Source: a bacterium (GTDB taxonomy: Bacteria > RBG-13-61-14 > DATKZS01). From it: a stretch of 64,000 nt of DNA. How positions within the stretch are numbered: the first letter of the stretch is position 1; each line of letters starts with the position of its first letter. Of this stretch, positions 10,008 to 20,613 are shown one piece after another. Location of the stretch: the NCBI GenBank assembly GCA_963674965.2, contig CAXXFL010000004.1, forward strand, positions 160,001 to 224,000. The letters are read 5' to 3'. The notes beneath the pieces are model-generated. The model ran no database searches, was not told the origin of the DNA, and saw only the letters and a program-made list of their open reading frames with translations. A program made the position numbers and the translations under genes.

Positions 10008-10730
10008 TCACTCCCGGTATTTCTCGCCGGCCTTGTACATTTCCAGTCTCTCTTTCGCTCCCTCGGCGTGTTCCGTCATCTGCATGGGAACGGCCTTGGA
10101 CTGGTACTCGACCGCCTTTTGGAAATCACCGATCTCGGCGTAGGCGGCGGCCAGGGTATCGACCACGGCCGCGTTTTGCCACTTGGTTATTTCACAGGCC
10201 CTTTTCGCCATCTCGACCGCTCTTACCCCATCCCTCATGGAGTCCTGGGAGGAAGTGGCCAGGAGCCAGGCGAGGTCGTTCAGGCAACCGGACTGCTTGT
10301 CGTTAATCTCGACGCACCTTTCGAGGTTCGCTTTGGTTTCCTCCATATTACCCTTTTTCCTGAAAACATATGCGCGAGAAAGGTAAGATATCTCATTTCG
10401 AGGATTCATCTCGATCATCTTCTCGGCGTCCTCCATGGCTTCATCCAGCCGGCCCGTCTCGATCCTGGCCCCGCATCTGCCGTGATAGGCCAAAAAGAAA
10501 TCCGGCTTGTATTCCATGGCCTTTGTAAACTCCTTTTCCGCTTTCTCGAACTCCTTTTTGCCAAGCAGCTCGAAGCCTTTTTTCGCGTGCCAATCGGCAA
10601 TTTTTCCCCTTGCCTCTTCAGGTGACGGCGGAAGGCAGGAGGAGACAATAGTAAAGATCAAAAGCAGAATTATTAGAAAGCCGAGGTTTCCCAAACCCTT
10701 TCGTAACGAGATTGTTGCATTGCCTTTCAT
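10008..10730 (-). CDS. TPR-repeat lipoprotein
   Basis: Lipobox-like VSSC; TPR helices; NDLAWLLAT...DTLAAAYAE.GDF motif. Confidence 0.85.
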   Translation of the reverse strand: MKGNATISLRKGLGNLGFLIILLLIFTIVSSCLPPSPEEARGKIADWHAKKGFELLGKKEFEKAEKEFTKAMEYKPDFFLAYHGRCGARIETGRLDEAMEDAEKMIEMNPRNEISYLSRAYVFRKKGNMEETKANLERCVEINDKQSGCLNDLAWLLATSSQDSMRDGVRAVEMAKRACEITKWQNAAVVDTLAAAYAEIGDFQKAVEYQSKAVPMQMTEHAEGAKERLEMYKAGEKYRE

Positions 10731-10860
10731 TATATCCTCCCCGCTTGTCCGCCTTGGAATAATTACCTTTTCCTCAGTCCCATATTTTTATTACGCCCGC
10801 CGCGAGTTTTCAAATCGCGCCGCCTCTTTTTACTTAAGCCATGGGGACTCTTCTTTTAAC

Positions 10861-10889
10861 TTGCAATCTAATTCCAATGTTGCTAGATT
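10861..10889 (+). promoter_or_regulatory. Putative sigma70 promoter for dodecin
   Basis: TTGCAA-17 nt-TAGATT with extended TGn. Confidence 0.45.
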
Positions 10890-10953
10890 TATGCGGTCGG
10901 CAAGGGGCCATCTATAAAGGCCATGTTTAATCGATCGAACAAGGAGGACATTG

Positions 10954-11169
10954 ATGACCGAAAGCACCTACAAGATTATTGAATTGGTTGGAAGCAGCCC
11001 GAAATCCTGGGAAGAAGCCGCCTCGAACGCCATCGCCACCGCCTCGAAGAGCTTAAGGGACCTTCGCATCGCGGAGATTTCGGAACTCGATCTTAAAATC
11101 GAGGACGGAAAGGTTATGGCATACAGGGCCAGGGTTAAAGTAAGCTTCAAATACGTTGGCAAAGAATAA
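10954..11169 (+). CDS. Dodecin family protein
   Basis: TYKIIELVGSS.KSWEEA...YRARVKVSFK; AGGAGG RBS. Confidence 0.92.
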   Translation: MTESTYKIIELVGSSPKSWEEAASNAIATASKSLRDLRIAEISELDLKIEDGKVMAYRARVKVSFKYVGKE

Positions 11170-11192
11170 TCCAATACTCGATCGAAGTCGCG

Positions 11193-11224
11193 GCGGGCAA
11201 GATGTTTTTGCCCGTTTTTTTATT
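11193..11224 (+). terminator. Intrinsic terminator
   Basis: GCGGGCAA...TTGCCCGT followed by a T-run. Confidence 0.65.
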
Positions 11225-11451
11225 TGACGTCCCGATCGAAATCATCGCCTTTGCGTCTTTTGATTGAAGACCCATGAATCGGTTCCAAGTATGAAAGACT
11301 CGAAAACCCAAGGGCCATGTCCGCTGAAAATAAAATTAAACCAACGATTTCAATAAAATGCATGATCTTCCCCGACTCCGATAAGCGCGTTAAGACGGAA
11401 TAAGTTGAAAACCGGCGGAAGCTCATTTGTCATTTGGCCTCCAGCGCTTGG

Positions 11452-11480
11452 TTGACATATTCCCTATTTGGGATTATCAT
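11452..11480 (+). promoter_or_regulatory. sigma70 promoter for tRNA-Lys
   Basis: TTGACA-17 nt-TATCAT. Confidence 0.7.
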
Positions 11481-11506
11481 AGTTATTCACGTCAAACAAA
11501 ACATAT

Positions 11507-11582
<76 letters not shown>

Positions 11583-11932
11583 TTTATGACGGTTTGCGGA
11601 CATGGGTCCGTTCGGCAAAGAATACCAGATTTCCACTGTCAACCTATCGTGAATCAGGATCTTCCCCACCATGGACACCCCGAGGATAACGTCGTTTGGA
11701 CTCCCGGCTCCGCCTGGAGAACTCTCGCGGTCCTGAAAGCCGAGCCACGAAAGACCGCCGCCAAACGGGAAAAATGAAAAACGGGGCTTTATGACTTTAT
11801 AATCTCGCGTCACAAGCAGGACCGAACCTGATGGCAAGAAGGGCGAAGGAAGGAGACATATTCCCGCTACGCTCTTTGAGTCTCGTGGTGATATCTTTGA
11901 TTAGATCAGGGGCCGATTCGAAGGCGCCGGAG

Positions 11933-12466
11933 TTACCCGTCCGTGCCGATAAGCTTCATGCCCGTTTTGTTTCTTTTGGCCAGTTCCTGGTAGATTTTCT
12001 TGCCCCAGGTCCATATCTGGCGGTCCAGGTCCCTGATCGGGCCCTTGACCTCGACGGGCACGCCGTGGGCTATGACCTCGGGCGGGACTTCCTGTTTCGA
12101 GCGGACCAGTCCCATCTCCCCGATGATGGTCCATTTGCCCACCTTGGCGTAGTCGCTGACGGTGGAGCGCATGCCGAGCACGGCGTAGTCGTCAATAAAG
12201 GCGTTGTGGATCATGGCCCCGTGTCCGACGGTGACCTCGCGTCCAAAGGTCGTCTTGTCGTTGGGCCGGGCGTGAACGATGACGCCCTCCTCGATGGCGG
12301 TGCCTTCGCCTATCTCGATGGTCCCGTAGTCTCCGCGGAGGATGGCGCCCCACCCGACGTAGCAATGGGGGCCCACGCGCACGTCTCCTATCAGCGTGGC
12401 GGTGGGAGCGATCCAGGCCGTGGGATCGATTTGGGGAACTCTTCCCTCGAAATCGTAAATCGGCAT
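11933..12466 (-). CDS. Gamma-carbonic anhydrase family (hexapeptide repeat) protein
   Basis: IAPTATLIGDVRVG, AILRGD, VTVGHGAMIH. Confidence 0.92.
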   Translation of the reverse strand: MPIYDFEGRVPQIDPTAWIAPTATLIGDVRVGPHCYVGWGAILRGDYGTIEIGEGTAIEEGVIVHARPNDKTTFGREVTVGHGAMIHNAFIDDYAVLGMRSTVSDYAKVGKWTIIGEMGLVRSKQEVPPEVIAHGVPVEVKGPIRDLDRQIWTWGKKIYQELAKRNKTGMKLIGTDG

Positions 12467-12819
12467 TTTATAAAGGGCCCGACCGGTCCCAGGTCAGGAT
12501 TCTTTCGCGGCTTCCGGGTCAAGAGGGAAAGAAGGCGTCGAGCCCTCCCGCCTAAGTATGCGTTTTTTCCCGCGGTTCTTCTTGTGACGCCTCATGGCGC
12601 GGCGGGCCTTGGTGAATTTTGCGTTGCTTGCCATTTGTATACTCCTTCTCGGGCGCAAAAGTACGCCTCGAATTTTCCATTCAAGTTTTCAGAGTATATC
12701 ACGGAGTTCCAAAAGTTTCCAGGCCTTGTCCGTCACCAAAGAAAAATACGAGGTGAAAGCGTGGATCGCCGCCGACAAAGCGCCTCGCGCCCCGCCCCCG
12801 GCGCAAGGCCCTACGGGCG

Positions 12820-13197
12820 CTAGGCCCGATCGTTTTTTTTCAATACCTCGAGGACCTTCTCCTTTAATTTGTCCAGGCGGCCGTTCTTTTCAATAAAGGC
12901 GTCGGCGTTTTTTACCAAGGGATCGTCCTTGTACTCGACCAGCGAGGTATAGACGATTACGGGAACGCGGTTCCTTGACGCCTTGAGCCGCTCGAGCACG
13001 GTCAGCCCGTCCACGATCTGCACGAAAATATCCATTATCAGTAGGTCGGGCGGGATATCGGAGTTCACCATGTTGAGGATTTCTCTTCCGTCCTTGGCCA
13101 GGCGCACGTTGTAGCCCTCGGCCGCGAATTCCTTCTTCATAAACTCTCTAATATTGGCGTTACGGTCTCCAATCAGAATGGTCGTTTTCTTTTCCAT
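12820..13197 (-). CDS. Single-domain response regulator
   Basis: REC fold: PDLLIMD, VIVYT, FIEK. Confidence 0.85.
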   Translation of the reverse strand: MEKKTTILIGDRNANIREFMKKEFAAEGYNVRLAKDGREILNMVNSDIPPDLLIMDIFVQIVDGLTVLERLKASRNRVPVIVYTSLVEYKDDPLVKNADAFIEKNGRLDKLKEKVLEVLKKNDRA

Positions 13198-13232
13198 GGC
13201 GGAGGACCTCCTGCCACCTCGAAAAAAATTTA

Positions 13233-13248
13233 TGCAATACCGGCGCCC
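13233..13248 (-). promoter_or_regulatory. Putative sigma54 -24/-12 promoter
   Basis: Minus strand GGGCGCCGGTATTGCA (GG-N10-GC) about 35 nt upstream of the response regulator start. Confidence 0.5.
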
Positions 13249-13588
13249 GGCAAGAACGGGAAAAGAGAGTACGCAAAAACGCGGGGATAGGAGCGTAAAG
13301 GATTTCCGAGCCGGGGGAGAAAGAAAATGTGCTTTAAAAATGCCAATATTTTTTCCATCCTGTAAATTTATTTTTTTGCTTTAATGTTCGTTTAATCTTC
13401 CTTTGACCATGGCGCGCGAAAGCCGGCCCATGCCTTTTTCAAAAGCAGTTGGCGAGGCGTTTTTCGCGAGTCTATAGAACTGAAATATAAGCGAAATATC
13501 TCGCGTAAAATATTAATTTATTAAGTCTTCATCCGTCATTTCCGGGTATGGTTTTTGCCTTATTCCAAAATGGAGAAGGATGAATTAA

Positions 13589-15652
13589 ATGAAGGGAAAA
13601 AAAACCGACTGGGCCCCGCTGGAGAAGATGGGCCTCTACAGGATTTTTCCCATCCACCGCCTTCCGGTGTCGGTGGGCATGAAAATCCTCTTCATCTTGA
13701 TGCTGATAGTAGTGTTGGGTTCCTTCGTCACCTTGCGGCTCAGCCTGAGGCTTATTTACGACAACATCTGGCGAGAGGCCCAGAACAAACTTCATAACGA
13801 CCTTAAAACGGCCCGCATGATGTACGACGGCGCTCTGATGGACGTGGACAGGGTGGTTGACTTCACGGCCAACCGCTTTTTCCTGATGGAGGGCATCGAG
13901 AGCGGCGGTCTGGAAGACTTGAAAGTACAACTCGAGAAAATCCGGCGGGACCGGGGCCTGGACGTTTTCACCCTGGTCGATAACGAGGGGGTGGTCATTT
14001 TACGGACCGCCGCCCCCTACTCGGTGGGTGACAACGTGAGCAACGACCCGATCGTTCACTCGGCCCTGTCCGGCCACAAGGCCTCGGGCACGGTGGTCAT
14101 GACCCGCGAGCGACTGAAGCTGGAGGGTGAAGAACTCGTCATCAGGGCCCACGTTAACGTCAAGCCCACCAAGAACGCCCTGCCCGGCGCGCTCGAGGTG
14201 GTGGACTCTGGCATGCTGCTGATGGCGGCTTACCCGGTTTATTCCCGCCATGGAGTTAAGCTGGGGGCGCTCTACGGCGCTAGGCTTCTAAATAACGATA
14301 CCGTCCTGGTCGACTCGATCATGGCCCAGATGTTCCCCGGTTCCCAGGAGCAAATAAACCTGGCCATGGTTTCGATTTTCTTTTGGGACGTCCGCGCCTC
14401 GACCAGTCTTCGCTTCTCGAACGGCAACCGGGCCGCGGGCTCTCTGATGTACGGCGAGGTTAGCGAGGCGGTCCTTAAAAACGGTCAGAACTGGGTGGGC
14501 ACCTCGTGGGTGGTCCAGGACTGGTACTTCGCCGCCTACGAGCCGATCAGGGACCCCGACGGCAAGGTGATAGGTTCCCTGGGCATCGGGCTTTGGAAAA
14601 GCCCCTTCATCGCCATCCGCGACAACTTCGTCAGTCGTTACGTCAAGATATCCCTGGTGGCCCTGGCCATAGTCCTGGTATTGGGCTTTATCTTTTCCCG
14701 CATGTTGACCAAGCCTTTGCGCGAGTTGGCCAAGGCGAGCCACGAGCTGGCCAAGGGGAAACTGGACTTCAGGGTCAAGATCAAGGCCGGGCGAGACGAG
14801 ATAAGAGAGCTGGAGTTGGCCTTCAACCTCATGGCCAACAACCTCAATACCATCATGCAGGAAAGACAAAAGCTGACCGACGAGCTTCGCGACCTTAACG
14901 ACAGGTACATGGAGCTTCTGGGCTTCGCCTCCCACGAGATCAAGGGACCGGTGGGAGTGATAGCGGTCACGGTCGAGAACCTGCGGAAGAACGGGTCCCA
15001 TTTGAGGGATGACGCCTTCGAGAAAATCCTCGACCGTCTGGACAGAAACGTGTCCTATATCTCCTCGATGAGCGACAAGTACCTCCATTACTCGAAGATC
15101 GAGTCCGGCCAGCTCAAGCTTTACAAGACCGAGACCAAGATACTCTCCGAGATCATCGAGCCGGCGGTGGAGGGCGAGCAAAAGCCCATCCTCGAGAAGA
15201 AGATGGAGGTCGAGATCGAGAACGCTGAGGAGATGGCCGACCTGACTCTATACGTCGATCCCGAGATGACGCGAGTAATTTTTTCCAACCTCATCTCGAA
15301 CGCCGTCAAGTACGGGTACCAGGGAGGATACATCAGGATAGGGTGCGTGGAGACGGAGGAATCCTACGTCTTCAACGTGAAGAACAACGGGGAGGGCATA
15401 CCGCCGGACGAGATTGGATTGATATTCAAGAAGTTCCGGCGTCTCGAGTCGGCCCGGAAGAAGCAGAAGGGCACCGGACTGGGCCTTTTCATCACTCGGG
15501 AGATAGTCGAGCTTCACGGAGGCAGGATCAGGGCGGAGTCGGAGCCGGGAAAGTGGGCCAACTTCATCTTCGAGCTGCCCAAGTCCAGCGTTAACCCCTC
15601 GGTGCACGACAAGGGGAACAAGGTCCAGGGGGAGGAACTCTGGGGGTATTGA
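13589..15652 (+). CDS. Membrane sensor histidine kinase (Cache-HAMP-HisKA-HATPase)
   Basis: Two TMs around a Cache-like region (AYEPIRDPDGKVIG); HAMP; SHEIKGP H-box; NLISNAVKY; GTGLGL. Confidence 0.93.
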   Translation: MKGKKTDWAPLEKMGLYRIFPIHRLPVSVGMKILFILMLIVVLGSFVTLRLSLRLIYDNIWREAQNKLHNDLKTARMMYDGALMDVDRVVDFTANRFFLMEGIESGGLEDLKVQLEKIRRDRGLDVFTLVDNEGVVILRTAAPYSVGDNVSNDPIVHSALSGHKASGTVVMTRERLKLEGEELVIRAHVNVKPTKNALPGALEVVDSGMLLMAAYPVYSRHGVKLGALYGARLLNNDTVLVDSIMAQMFPGSQEQINLAMVSIFFWDVRASTSLRFSNGNRAAGSLMYGEVSEAVLKNGQNWVGTSWVVQDWYFAAYEPIRDPDGKVIGSLGIGLWKSPFIAIRDNFVSRYVKISLVALAIVLVLGFIFSRMLTKPLRELAKASHELAKGKLDFRVKIKAGRDEIRELELAFNLMANNLNTIMQERQKLTDELRDLNDRYMELLGFASHEIKGPVGVIAVTVENLRKNGSHLRDDAFEKILDRLDRNVSYISSMSDKYLHYSKIESGQLKLYKTETKILSEIIEPAVEGEQKPILEKKMEVEIENAEEMADLTLYVDPEMTRVIFSNLISNAVKYGYQGGYIRIGCVETEESYVFNVKNNGEGIPPDEIGLIFKKFRRLESARKKQKGTGLGLFITREIVELHGGRIRAESEPGKWANFIFELPKSSVNPSVHDKGNKVQGEELWGY

Positions 15653-15700
15653 ATCGGCGAGCGTTTACCACGTCCGCTTCCGGATCAAGGAGGTCATGAA

Positions 15701-16090
15701 ATGGCAAAGAGAATCTTACTGGTGGATGACGACCGCGACATGGTCGAGACCCTTACCGAGAGCCTGCAGGCCGAGGGCTTCGAGGTGCTCGCGGCCTATG
15801 ATGGGGTCCAGTGCATGGACATGGTCAAAAGGGGCAAGCCCGACCTGATCGTGCTTGACGTGATGATGCCCAACAAGCACGGTTACCAGGCCGCCAAGGA
15901 ACTGGAAGGCGACGAGTTCAGTCACATCCCGCTCATCATGCTCACGGGCGTGGCCGAGCACCTTCGAGAGACCAAGTACTCCCACGCCCAGGCCCTGGAG
16001 TGCCAGGCTGACGACTTTATCAGCAAGCCCCTCAAATTCGAGGTCCTTTTGAAAAGTATAAGGAGGCTTCTTAAAAACGGCGGGAAGTAA
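15701..16090 (+). CDS. Single-domain response regulator
   Basis: LLVDDD, LDVMMP, MLT, SKP. Confidence 0.93.
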   Translation: MAKRILLVDDDRDMVETLTESLQAEGFEVLAAYDGVQCMDMVKRGKPDLIVLDVMMPNKHGYQAAKELEGDEFSHIPLIMLTGVAEHLRETKYSHAQALECQADDFISKPLKFEVLLKSIRRLLKNGGK

Positions 16091-16110
16091 CAAAGCAAAG
16101 AGAGGTGAAC

Positions 16111-17334
16111 ATGAGTAGTAACTCTGGGCGGGGATGGACGGTAGTTTTTTCAGGCATGGGAATCAACCTCGCGCTCGGGGTGCTGTACACCTGGAGCGTG
16201 ATCTCGAAGAAAATCCCCGACGACTGGGGATGGAGCGAGTCGGACCGGGCGCTTCCCTATACGATCGCCTGTCTGATCTTCGCCTTTATGATGGTCCCGG
16301 CGGGCAAGCTGCAGGACCGCTTCGGGCCGAGGGTGGTAGCCGCGCTGGGAGGGCTTTTAACGGGCGTGGGCATGGTCCTGGCTGGAGCGTTCACGGACCT
16401 GTGGATTTTTATTTTAGGCTTTGGGGTCCTGGCGGGGACCGGCATCGGGTTCGGCTACGCCGCCGCCACCCCGCCGGCGGTCAAGTGGTTCCCGCCGGCG
16501 AGGACGGGAATGATCGCGGGAATAGTGGTTTCCGGGTTCGGGCTGGCCTCGGTATATATATCGCCGCTGGCCAATTACCTGATCGACGCGAGGGGCGTTG
16601 GCCCGGCCATGACCATATTGGGGATCGCCTTTTTGGTCGTGGTCGTGGGACTGGCCCAGCTTCTGCGCAATCCTCCCGCCCTGGGCCCGAGGGAGAAGGC
16701 GGCTTCCACGGCGGCCGACGAGGACTATACGGCCTCCCAAATGCTGAGGACGGCCCCCTTTTACATGCTGTGGCTGATGTACGCCTTTAACGCGGGGGCG
16801 GGCCTTATGATAATCGGCAAGCTGGCCAAGCTGGTCGAGGTCCAGGCCAACTTCAAGGCGGGCTTCATCCTGGTGGCGCTTCTGGCCATAGGCAACGCGG
16901 GCGGACGGCTGCTGGCCGGGTCGCTCTCGGACAAGATGGGAAGGATCGCCATCCTCAGGGTATTCACCGCCTTTCAGTGCGTGCTCATGTTCCTCATGCC
17001 CTTCATGGACAACTGGGTCGTCATGGTCGTTTTTTCCATGTGCATGGGCATGAACTACGGGTCGAACCTTTCGCTTTTCCCGTCGATCACCAAGGATTAT
17101 TACGGACTTAAAAATTTCGGGGTCAATTACGGCGCCTTGTTCACGGCCTGGGGCGCCGGGTCCATACTGGCGCTGGTGGCGGGAAAAATCTACGACCTGC
17201 ACGGAAGGTTCGACTACGCGCTCTACGTGGCGGGGGCGCTACTTGTCGTGACGCTGGCCTTGTCTTTCTTCGTGAAAAAGCCGGAGGAGATATCGGGCGC
17301 CATGCCCCACGCAAGACCGAGCGGGGCGGCCTGA
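16111..17334 (+). CDS. MFS transporter, oxalate/formate antiporter (OFA) family
   Basis: GKLQDRFGPR, KWFP..GMIAGIVVSGFG, YYGLKNFGVNYG; about 12 TMs. Confidence 0.88.
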   Translation: MSSNSGRGWTVVFSGMGINLALGVLYTWSVISKKIPDDWGWSESDRALPYTIACLIFAFMMVPAGKLQDRFGPRVVAALGGLLTGVGMVLAGAFTDLWIFILGFGVLAGTGIGFGYAAATPPAVKWFPPARTGMIAGIVVSGFGLASVYISPLANYLIDARGVGPAMTILGIAFLVVVVGLAQLLRNPPALGPREKAASTAADEDYTASQMLRTAPFYMLWLMYAFNAGAGLMIIGKLAKLVEVQANFKAGFILVALLAIGNAGGRLLAGSLSDKMGRIAILRVFTAFQCVLMFLMPFMDNWVVMVVFSMCMGMNYGSNLSLFPSITKDYYGLKNFGVNYGALFTAWGAGSILALVAGKIYDLHGRFDYALYVAGALLVVTLALSFFVKKPEEISGAMPHARPSGAA

Positions 17335-17454
17335 CCGGCCATAAAGATATGGGAGATGACGAGACCCGGTTAAAGGGGCGCGGGGAAACACAAGGAGAGG
17401 CGCGAGGGGAAGTATTTTTTCGCGCCGCTTTGCCAAGGGAAAAGGAGGCAAGTG

Positions 17455-19446
17455 ATGAACGATGCAAAACGAGAAGAGGTAAAAAAAGAGATAGTCTCCA
17501 TGGCGATCGAGGACAGGGTTTTCGAGGTGTCGAAAACGATCCAAAAGGACGCCTATATAAACTCCATGGCCCAATACGAGGCCATGTACAAGGAATCGCT
17601 GGAAAAGCCCGACGTCTTCTGGGGGCGTCTGGCCGAGCAGTTTTTATGCTGGGAAAAGAAATGGGACAAGGTCTTCGAGTGGGAGGACAAGGCCCAGGCG
17701 AAATTCAAGTGGTTCTCGGGAGGCAAGCTGAACGTTTCGGTCAACTGCCTGGACCGGCAGATCAAGACGTGGCGCAAGAACAAGGCCGCCCTTATCTGGG
17801 AGGGAGACGAGCCGGGGACCGACCGGACCCTGACCTATCTCGACCTGTACAGGGAGGTCAACAAGTTCGCCAACGTTCTTAAAAAGCACGGCGTGAAAAA
17901 AGGAGACAGGGTGGCCGTCTACCTGGGCATGATCCCCGAGCTGCCCATCACCATGCTGGCCTGCGCCCGGATCGGGGCCGTCCACAGCGTGGTTTTCGGC
18001 GGGTTTTCCGCGGACGCCTTGCGCGACCGAGTGCTCGACAGCCAGTGCAAGGCCCTGGTCACGGCGGACGCCGGCTACCGGGGTTCGAGGACCGTGCCCC
18101 TCAAGGCCGGCGCCGACGCGGCCCTCGAGGGGGCCAAGTGCGTGGAAAAGGTCATCGTGGTCAACCGGGCGAACCAGAAGGTGGCCATGAAGGAGGGACG
18201 CGACTTCTGGTGGCACGAGGAAATGAAAAAGGCCGAGCCCTTCTGCGAGCCCGAGGTCATGGACGCGGAGGACCCGCTTTTCATACTCTATACCTCAGGG
18301 TCCACGGGCAAACCCAAGGGGGTCCTCCACACCACGGCCGGGTACCTCCTCTACGTGGCCGCGACCCTCAAGTGGTGCTTCGACGTCAAGGACGAGGACA
18401 CCTGGTGGTGCACCGCCGACATCGGGTGGGTCACGGGACACAGCTACATCGTGTATGGCCCTCTTTGCATCGGGGCCACGTCGGTAATGTTCGAGGGGGT
18501 GCCCTCCTATCCCGACCCCGGCCGCTTCTGGGACGTGGCGCAAAAATTCCACGTCAACCAGTTCTATACCGCGCCCACCGCCATCAGGGCCCTGATGCGG
18601 GAGGGAAACGAGTGGCCCAGGAAGTACGACCTCTCCTCCATCCGCGTGCTGGGAAGCGTGGGCGAGCCCATCAACCCCGAGGCCTGGATGTGGTACCATG
18701 AGAATATCGGCCGCGATGACGTTCCCATCGTGGACACCTTCTGGCAGACCGAGACCGGTGGATTCGTCATCACGCCCCTGCCCGGGGCCATGAAGCTTAA
18801 GCCCGGCAGCGCCACGCGTCCCTTCTTCGGCGTGGAATGCGAGGTGCTCCGCAAGGATGGCTCGCGGTGCGGCGAGAACGAGGGCGGGTCACTGGTCATG
18901 CTTCGGCCCTGGCCCGGCCTTATGCGCACCGTATACGGGGACCATGAGCGCTTCATTCAGCAATACTGGCAAATGTTCCCCGGTAAATACAACACCGGCG
19001 ACGGCGCGCGCGTGGACAAGGACGGGTATTTCTGGCTGATGGGCCGCATAGACGACGTCATCAACGTCTCGGGCCACAGGCTGGGAACGGCCGAGGTCGA
19101 GTCCGCCCTCGTCGCCCATCCCTCGGTGGCCGAGTCGGCCGTGGTCGGAATGCCCCACGACTTGAAGGGCCAGGGCATCTACGCCTTCGTGACCCTCAAG
19201 ACCGGGGTTGCCCCCACTGAGGAACTGAAAAAGGAACTGGCCAAACACGTGAGAAAGGAAATAGGACCCATAGCCACGCCGGATAAAATACAGTTCGCCG
19301 ATGCTCTGCCCAAGACCAGGTCGGGCAAGATCATGCGGCGCATCCTCAGGAAGATAGCGGAAGGCAGGGTGGGGGAGCTGGGCGACACCACGACCCTGGC
19401 CGACCCCGCGGTGGTGGACGCCCTCGTGAAGGGGGCCGCCGATTGA
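17455..19446 (+). CDS. acs: Acetyl-CoA synthetase (AMP-forming)
   Basis: [41 protein letters not shown]. Confidence 0.97.
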   Translation: MNDAKREEVKKEIVSMAIEDRVFEVSKTIQKDAYINSMAQYEAMYKESLEKPDVFWGRLAEQFLCWEKKWDKVFEWEDKAQAKFKWFSGGKLNVSVNCLDRQIKTWRKNKAALIWEGDEPGTDRTLTYLDLYREVNKFANVLKKHGVKKGDRVAVYLGMIPELPITMLACARIGAVHSVVFGGFSADALRDRVLDSQCKALVTADAGYRGSRTVPLKAGADAALEGAKCVEKVIVVNRANQKVAMKEGRDFWWHEEMKKAEPFCEPEVMDAEDPLFILYTSGSTGKPKGVLHTTAGYLLYVAATLKWCFDVKDEDTWWCTADIGWVTGHSYIVYGPLCIGATSVMFEGVPSYPDPGRFWDVAQKFHVNQFYTAPTAIRALMREGNEWPRKYDLSSIRVLGSVGEPINPEAWMWYHENIGRDDVPIVDTFWQTETGGFVITPLPGAMKLKPGSATRPFFGVECEVLRKDGSRCGENEGGSLVMLRPWPGLMRTVYGDHERFIQQYWQMFPGKYNTGDGARVDKDGYFWLMGRIDDVINVSGHRLGTAEVESALVAHPSVAESAVVGMPHDLKGQGIYAFVTLKTGVAPTEELKKELAKHVRKEIGPIATPDKIQFADALPKTRSGKIMRRILRKIAEGRVGELGDTTTLADPAVVDALVKGAAD

Positions 19447-19472
19447 CCACCATCTCCGGGGAAGGGTGAAAT

Positions 19473-20609
19473 ATGCGCTCGGCCTTTATATATAATGAGC
19501 GGATGGGCGGCTTCAAGCTCGGGCGGGACCATCCTTACGATCCCGCCCGAATAACCAGGGTGTACGATCTGTGCCGCCGCCGCGGGCTTTTCAACCGGGA
19601 CGGCCTGAGGGTCGTCTCGCCCAGGCCCCTGGATATAAAAGACTTCTACGAGGTCCACGAGCCCGTGTACCTCGAGACCCTGATAACCGCCGACGAGTCC
19701 GGCTTCGAGCCGTGGATGCTGAAGTTCGGCCTGGGCACGGAGGACTGCCCGGTATTTCCGGGGCTTTTGGAGTTCCTCATGCTTTGCGCCGGGGCCACCA
19801 TCGAGGCGGGAACATGGGTGATGGACGCGGGATACGATTTCGCCTTCAACCCGCTGGGAGGTTTCCATCACGCGGGGCGGACCCAGGCCGAGGGGTTCTG
19901 TTACGTGAACGACGTCTGCCTGATCGCCCGCCGCTGGGCCGACCGCGGTTTCAGGGTGATGATCGTGGACGTGGACGCCCACCACGGCAACGGCGACCAG
20001 GACTTTTTTTACGACGATCCCCGCGTTTTCACCTTGAGCTTCCACGAGTCGGGCAAGACGCTTTATCCCTTTGGGGGAGAAGTCACCGAGATTGGAAGGG
20101 GACCGGGACTCGGGTATAACGTCAACGTGCCCATGCCGGCCGGAAGCGACGACGAAATATTCGACTTCGCCTTTAACGAGGTCTTTCCTCCCTTGATCGA
20201 GGCTTTCTCACCCGACGTCGCGATCGGAATCATGGGGGTAGATACCTTCGCGACCGATCCCCTTACCAACCTCAAGATGACCAACAACTCATACATCCGG
20301 GCGGCCAAAAAAATCCAGCGCCTGTCTCCCCGCTGGATAGCTCTCGGGGCCGGCGGATACAACATGGACAACGTGATTCGAAGCTGGACTCTTTTATGGG
20401 CCGCCGCGAACGGCCTGGACAAGGGAGACGACGCCATGGAGACCCTGGGAGGGACCTTCATGCGGGACATGGACCTTGGCGTCTCGAGCCTTCGCGACAT
20501 GGCCGCCAGGAACTCGGGTCCGGAAAAAACCGAAATATTCAGGCAAGTGAAAGAAGAGGTGGTATATATTAAAGATAAGGTCTTCCCCCTGGTGGGGGCG
20601 CTCGCGTAA
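19473..20609 (+). CDS. acuC: AcuC-like Zn-dependent deacetylase (HDAC family)
   Basis: GGFHHA, GFCYVND, DVDAHHGNG, DPL, GAGGY. Confidence 0.88.
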   Translation: MRSAFIYNERMGGFKLGRDHPYDPARITRVYDLCRRRGLFNRDGLRVVSPRPLDIKDFYEVHEPVYLETLITADESGFEPWMLKFGLGTEDCPVFPGLLEFLMLCAGATIEAGTWVMDAGYDFAFNPLGGFHHAGRTQAEGFCYVNDVCLIARRWADRGFRVMIVDVDAHHGNGDQDFFYDDPRVFTLSFHESGKTLYPFGGEVTEIGRGPGLGYNVNVPMPAGSDDEIFDFAFNEVFPPLIEAFSPDVAIGIMGVDTFATDPLTNLKMTNNSYIRAAKKIQRLSPRWIALGAGGYNMDNVIRSWTLLWAAANGLDKGDDAMETLGGTFMRDMDLGVSSLRDMAARNSGPEKTEIFRQVKEEVVYIKDKVFPLVGALA

Positions 20610-20613
20610 AAGG

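Noticed and set aside
11220-11426. 68-aa minus-strand ORF
   Set aside because: AT-rich, no recognisable motif or RBS; lies between a terminator and a promoter
12467-12819. ORFs across this gap (11831..12823, 12594..12896)
   Set aside because: They overlap real opposite-strand genes and lack family motifs
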